Part shown: piece after piece, positions 60,802 to 64,000 of the stretch
Position numbering within the stretch: position 1 is the first letter of the stretch
How the letters are laid out: every line of letters begins with the position of its first letter
Assembly: GCA_019358915.1 (NCBI GenBank)
Contig: JAHHIM010000003.1
Location: 64,001-128,000 of the forward strand
Direction of reading: 5' to 3'
Length of the DNA stretch: 64,000 nucleotides
From: Trichormus sp. ATA11-4-KO1
Lineage (GTDB): Bacteria > Cyanobacteriota > Cyanobacteriia > Cyanobacteriales > Nostocaceae
Notes under the pieces: generated by a model
Databases searched by the model: none
Told to the model about the DNA's origin: nothing
The model's input: the letters and a program-made list of their open reading frames with translations, nothing else
Translations under genes and position numbers: made by a program

Positions 60802-60987
60802 ATGTACCCAAAAATACCAACTCCCAAGCAAACCTTTGAATTTTTCTTAGTTTGCGTCAGATTAAGTAATGTACTTCAACCAATTAACGTGGTCAGGCTA
60901 GATGAGAGAACAAATCAAATCTATGTCTTAGCTGGCGAGGGGACAGAAATACTGATTTACCCAAATGGTAAAGTGAGGTTTTTATGA
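60802..60987 (+). CDS. Small cyanobacterial protein (DUF6888-like)
   Basis: PT..Q....F..C..LSN...PI..VR.DERT...Y.LAG......I...G pattern. Confidence 0.7.
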   Translation: MYPKIPTPKQTFEFFLVCVRLSNVLQPINVVRLDERTNQIYVLAGEGTEILIYPNGKVRFL

Positions 60988-61178
60988 CCGAGATCAATTT
61001 TGCCGCAATGAACAGAGAGCAACTCAGAGAATATGTGAAAACACATCCGCAAGACCAAGCTGCATTCTATGCATACATGGACAGACTGCAAAGCGAACCG
61101 GGAATTGAGATAACTTCAATGGATCAATTTGAGCGACTGGTTAGAGAAAAAATTAGACAATCCCCAGCAGAGGAATAA
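60984..61178 (+). CDS. Small cyanobacterial protein (DUF6887-like)
   Basis: NF..M...QLR.YV..H..D..AF.AY.DR pattern; ATGA overlap. Confidence 0.7.
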   Translation: MTEINFAAMNREQLREYVKTHPQDQAAFYAYMDRLQSEPGIEITSMDQFERLVREKIRQSPAEE

Positions 61179-61192
61179 CCCAAAATTAGAAT

Positions 61193-62047
61193 ATGACGAA
61201 TCCAACTGCAACTTTGCTCATTTCCTGCCCTGACCAAAGAGGATTAGTAGCAAAATTTGCCAATTTTATTTATGCTAATGGTGGTAATATTATTCATGCA
61301 GACCAGCATACAGATTTTGCTGCTGAATTATTTCTTACCCGGATTGAATGGCAGTTAGATGGATTTAATTTGCCACGAGAATTTATTGCTCCGGCATTTA
61401 ATGCGATCGCTGGGCCTTTGAATGCTAAGTGGGAACTACACTTTTCTGATACCATTCCGCGCATTGCTATTTGGGTTAGTCGTCAAGACCATTGTTTATT
61501 TGATTTAATTTGGCGACAACGTGCTAAAGAGTTTGCAGCAGAAATTCCCCTAATTATCAGTAACCATCCTCATTTACAGGTAGTAGCAGAGCAATTTGGC
61601 ATTGATTTCCACCATATTCCGATTACTAAAGATAACAAAACTGAACAGGAAGCCCAACAATTAGAATTACTGCGACAATACAAGATTGATTTGGTAGTTT
61701 TGGCAAAATATATGCAAGTTGTTAGTGCAGATTTTATTACCCAATTCCCGCAAATTATTAATATTCATCATTCATTTTTGCCAGCGTTTGTCGGAGCAAA
61801 TCCCTACCATCGAGCATTTGAACGTGGTGTGAAAATTATTGGAGCAACGGCTCATTACGCCACTGCTGACTTAGATGCAGGGCCGATTATTGAACAAGAT
61901 GTGGTGAGAGTTAGTCACCGGGATGAAGTTGATGATTTAATTAGAAAAGGTAAAGATTTAGAGCGGGTGGTATTAGCAAGAGCAGTGCGTTTACACTTGC
62001 AAAATCGTGTTTTGATATATGCAAATCGGACAGTAGTATTTGGGTAA
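61193..62047 (+). CDS. purU: Formyltetrahydrofolate deformylase
   Basis: CPDQRGLVA ACT domain, LAKYMQ, INIHHSFLP, GVKIIGATAH, LDAGPIIEQD. Confidence 0.97.
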   Translation: MTNPTATLLISCPDQRGLVAKFANFIYANGGNIIHADQHTDFAAELFLTRIEWQLDGFNLPREFIAPAFNAIAGPLNAKWELHFSDTIPRIAIWVSRQDHCLFDLIWRQRAKEFAAEIPLIISNHPHLQVVAEQFGIDFHHIPITKDNKTEQEAQQLELLRQYKIDLVVLAKYMQVVSADFITQFPQIINIHHSFLPAFVGANPYHRAFERGVKIIGATAHYATADLDAGPIIEQDVVRVSHRDEVDDLIRKGKDLERVVLARAVRLHLQNRVLIYANRTVVFG

Positions 62048-62055
62048 TTGCAAAT

Positions 62056-62445
62056 TTAATAAGATTTACCATCACTACCAAAATATTCCCGATAGCTACA
62101 AATTTTATCTCCACGCACATCAAAAGAAACTGCTACTCTATTTTTGTAAGGCTGTCCTAATAAACACCCCTCATCCCGAAACTCAAAAACAACTGTGGTC
62201 TCATTGCTGGTAATACGGTCTAAGGAAGTTAGTTGTAGTCCTGGATTGAAGGATGCAGATACATAATTAAAAAATTCTTTAGCTCTTTCTTTTCCCTCAT
62301 TCAATCCGTGGAATTTTCCCATAGGAAACCAAAAGGTAAAATCTTCTGTGAGCATATCAAGAAATGCTTCCCATTCCCCTGTAGCTAAACCGTGTGTAAA
62401 TTTATCAAATGCCTCTTGAGCGATTTTTAAAGTGTTTTCTAGCAT
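62056..62445 (-). CDS. SnoaL/NTF2-like protein
   Basis: 129 aa NTF2-like pattern ending KI..YREYF. Confidence 0.82.
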   Translation of the reverse strand: MLENTLKIAQEAFDKFTHGLATGEWEAFLDMLTEDFTFWFPMGKFHGLNEGKERAKEFFNYVSASFNPGLQLTSLDRITSNETTVVFEFRDEGCLLGQPYKNRVAVSFDVRGDKICSYREYFGSDGKSY

Positions 62446-62541
62446 TTTTACTACTCTTTAGTATCTAATAGGACTTACGCAACTGGCACAACATTTTAGT
62501 TTGCCAATAAGATAGGCTTTCCCGCACACGGTTTAGTAGTC

Positions 62542-62949
62542 ATGTTTAGTGAATCTCCTCAATGTAGTCAGCAAGTTATTAAAGGGATTATTACAGCAGA
62601 AAAACTTGTAGAAGCTGTAAATTTCGTGCTGGAAAATTCGCCGACAGGTAAAGCGCATCTGGAAACAGATATGCGGGCAATGTATAATCCTACACGTATG
62701 AATAATATTGCCAAAGCTACTCAAGATTTGGTCAGAAAAATTAAAAGTCTTTGTCCAAAATGTTCTACGCCTGGTTTTGAAATTAGACAAAGAATTCCGG
62801 GGTTACCTCGTGCAATATGTTACATGCCAACTTCTTTGACGCTGACCGTGATTTATCAATGTCAAAAATGCGGTTTTAGTCAAGAAAGACCATTTCCCCA
62901 TGACAGTAAATATGCCGACCCAGCACAATGTATGTATTGTAATCCATAG
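62542..62949 (+). pseudogene. C-terminal part of a DUF6671-like protein, 5'-truncated
   Basis: ETDMRA..NPTRM, CP.C..PGF, C.YCNP; one Cys pair appears degenerate (PRAIC); preceded by TAGGACTTACGCA, a probable IS/MITE end. Confidence 0.65.
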
Positions 62950-63128
62950 ATTTGATGGGCGTTGTGCAAAATCAATGCAAGATTTAATGATAAAAATAGA
63001 TAAATATGATAATTATTTAGTTTTAAATAACTAATGAGTTTCTTAAAGAATTGACATTTTACAAACCTAGTGCAATTGGATAAACATAAGAGTTAAGAAT
63101 ACTCAAAGATGTTTGGAGGTAGCAATGT

Positions 63129-64000
63129 ATGGTTGCACTCACTACTCAACAGCAAGGTCGCTTGACCATGCAAACAGTCGAGATTGGCGCTCAAACCACA
63201 GCTATTCGCTCTCTTGACTGGGATCGCGATCGCTTTGATATTGAGTTCGAGTTGCACAACGGTACAACCTATAACTCGTTTCTGATTCAAGGTGAAAAAA
63301 TAGCCCTGATTGACACCTCTCACCGCAAGTTCCAGCAGTTGTATTTGGATATATTGACAGGGTTAATTGATTTCTCAACCCTGGACTATTTGATTATTAG
63401 CCATACCGAACCAGATCACAGTGGTTTGGTTAAGGAAGTATTGCAGTTAGCTCCCCAAGTAACGGTAGTTGGGGCTAAAGTTGCCATCCAGTTTCTGCAA
63501 AATATGGTGCATCAGCCATTCTCATCCCTGATTGTCAAAAATGGCGATCGCTTGGATTTAGGTAATGGACATGAGTTGGAATTCGTTTCTGCTCCCAATT
63601 TGCACTGGCCAGATACTATTTTCACCTACGATATCAAAACTCGTATCCTGTTTACCTGTGATGCCTTCGGGATGCACTACTGTGATGACCACACATTTGA
63701 TGAAGATCCAGAACTAATAGCAGCAGATTTTCAATATTACTACAACTGTCTCATGGCTCCAAATGCCCGTTCTGTTCTGTCTGCCATTAAGCGGATAGAA
63801 AAATTAGATGTGGAGATGATCGCCACAGGACACGGGCCTTTATTGCAATATTACCTGTCAGACTGGGTGAATCGCTACCAGCAATGGAGTCAGGAACAGG
63901 CAAAAGTAGATACTTTAGTTGCCCTATTTTACTCGGAAGATTACGGTTGGAGCGATCAATTGGCAAGGGCGATCGCCCACGGTATCCAGAGGAATGGCGT
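63129..64000 (+). CDS. flv4: Flavodiiron protein, Flv4-like (Flv3/4 class), runs off window
   Basis: Manual translation MVALTTQQQGRLTMQT...SLDWDRDRFDIEF..NGTTYNS...SHTEPDHSG...APNLHWPD...CDAFGMH; GGAGGT SD. Flv4 versus Flv3 assignment is from recalled similarity. Confidence 0.85.
   Translation, partial: MVALTTQQQGRLTMQTVEIGAQTTAIRSLDWDRDRFDIEFELHNGTTYNSFLIQGEKIALIDTSHRKFQQLYLDILTGLIDFSTLDYLIISHTEPDHSGLVKEVLQLAPQVTVVGAKVAIQFLQNMVHQPFSSLIVKNGDRLDLGNGHELEFVSAPNLHWPDTIFTYDIKTRILFTCDAFGMHYCDDHTFDEDPELIAADFQYYYNCLMAPNARSVLSAIKRIEKLDVEMIATGHGPLLQYYLSDWVNRYQQWSQEQAKVDTLVALFYSEDYGWSDQLARAIAHGIQRNG

Noticed and set aside
62470..62490. Intact IS element at TAGGACTTACGCA
   Set aside because: Only one end-like sequence; no partner inverted repeat or transposase found

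Overview
64 kb of chromosome from a filamentous cyanobacterium, most likely Nostocales. This is inferred from frequent HIP1 octamers (GCGATCGC), heptamer/octamer STRR arrays and gene content. Most of the window is housekeeping: ptrB (5' end), hemE, trpD, carA, mini-RNase III/rlmB, cobJ, leuCD, mazG, proA, aroC, argB, rplU-rpmA, cruFG, rnhA, a Gld-type ABC transporter, purU, an flv4-like gene (5' part), tRNA-Val(TAC) and tRNA-Pro(GGG). Accessory islets carry toxin-antitoxin pairs, Uma2/DUF29/Rpn genes, MITEs and very small dispersed repeats. Three signals stand out. (1) A co-oriented cluster of lone, motif-intact core subunits from three different respiratory complexes (ndhI paralog, coxA paralog, cydA) lacks all of their usual operon partners and includes a diverged cydA relic. 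(2) A tandem Rpn-family pair has about 700 nt of identical nuclease-domain DNA, a strong internal ribosome-binding site plus ATG, and a divergent patch confined to the predicted internal antitoxin. (3) A lipoxygenase has a Tat-like leader and altered metal ligands. No CRISPR array, rRNA, prophage or intact transposase was seen. All calls come from motif recognition by eye, without database searches.
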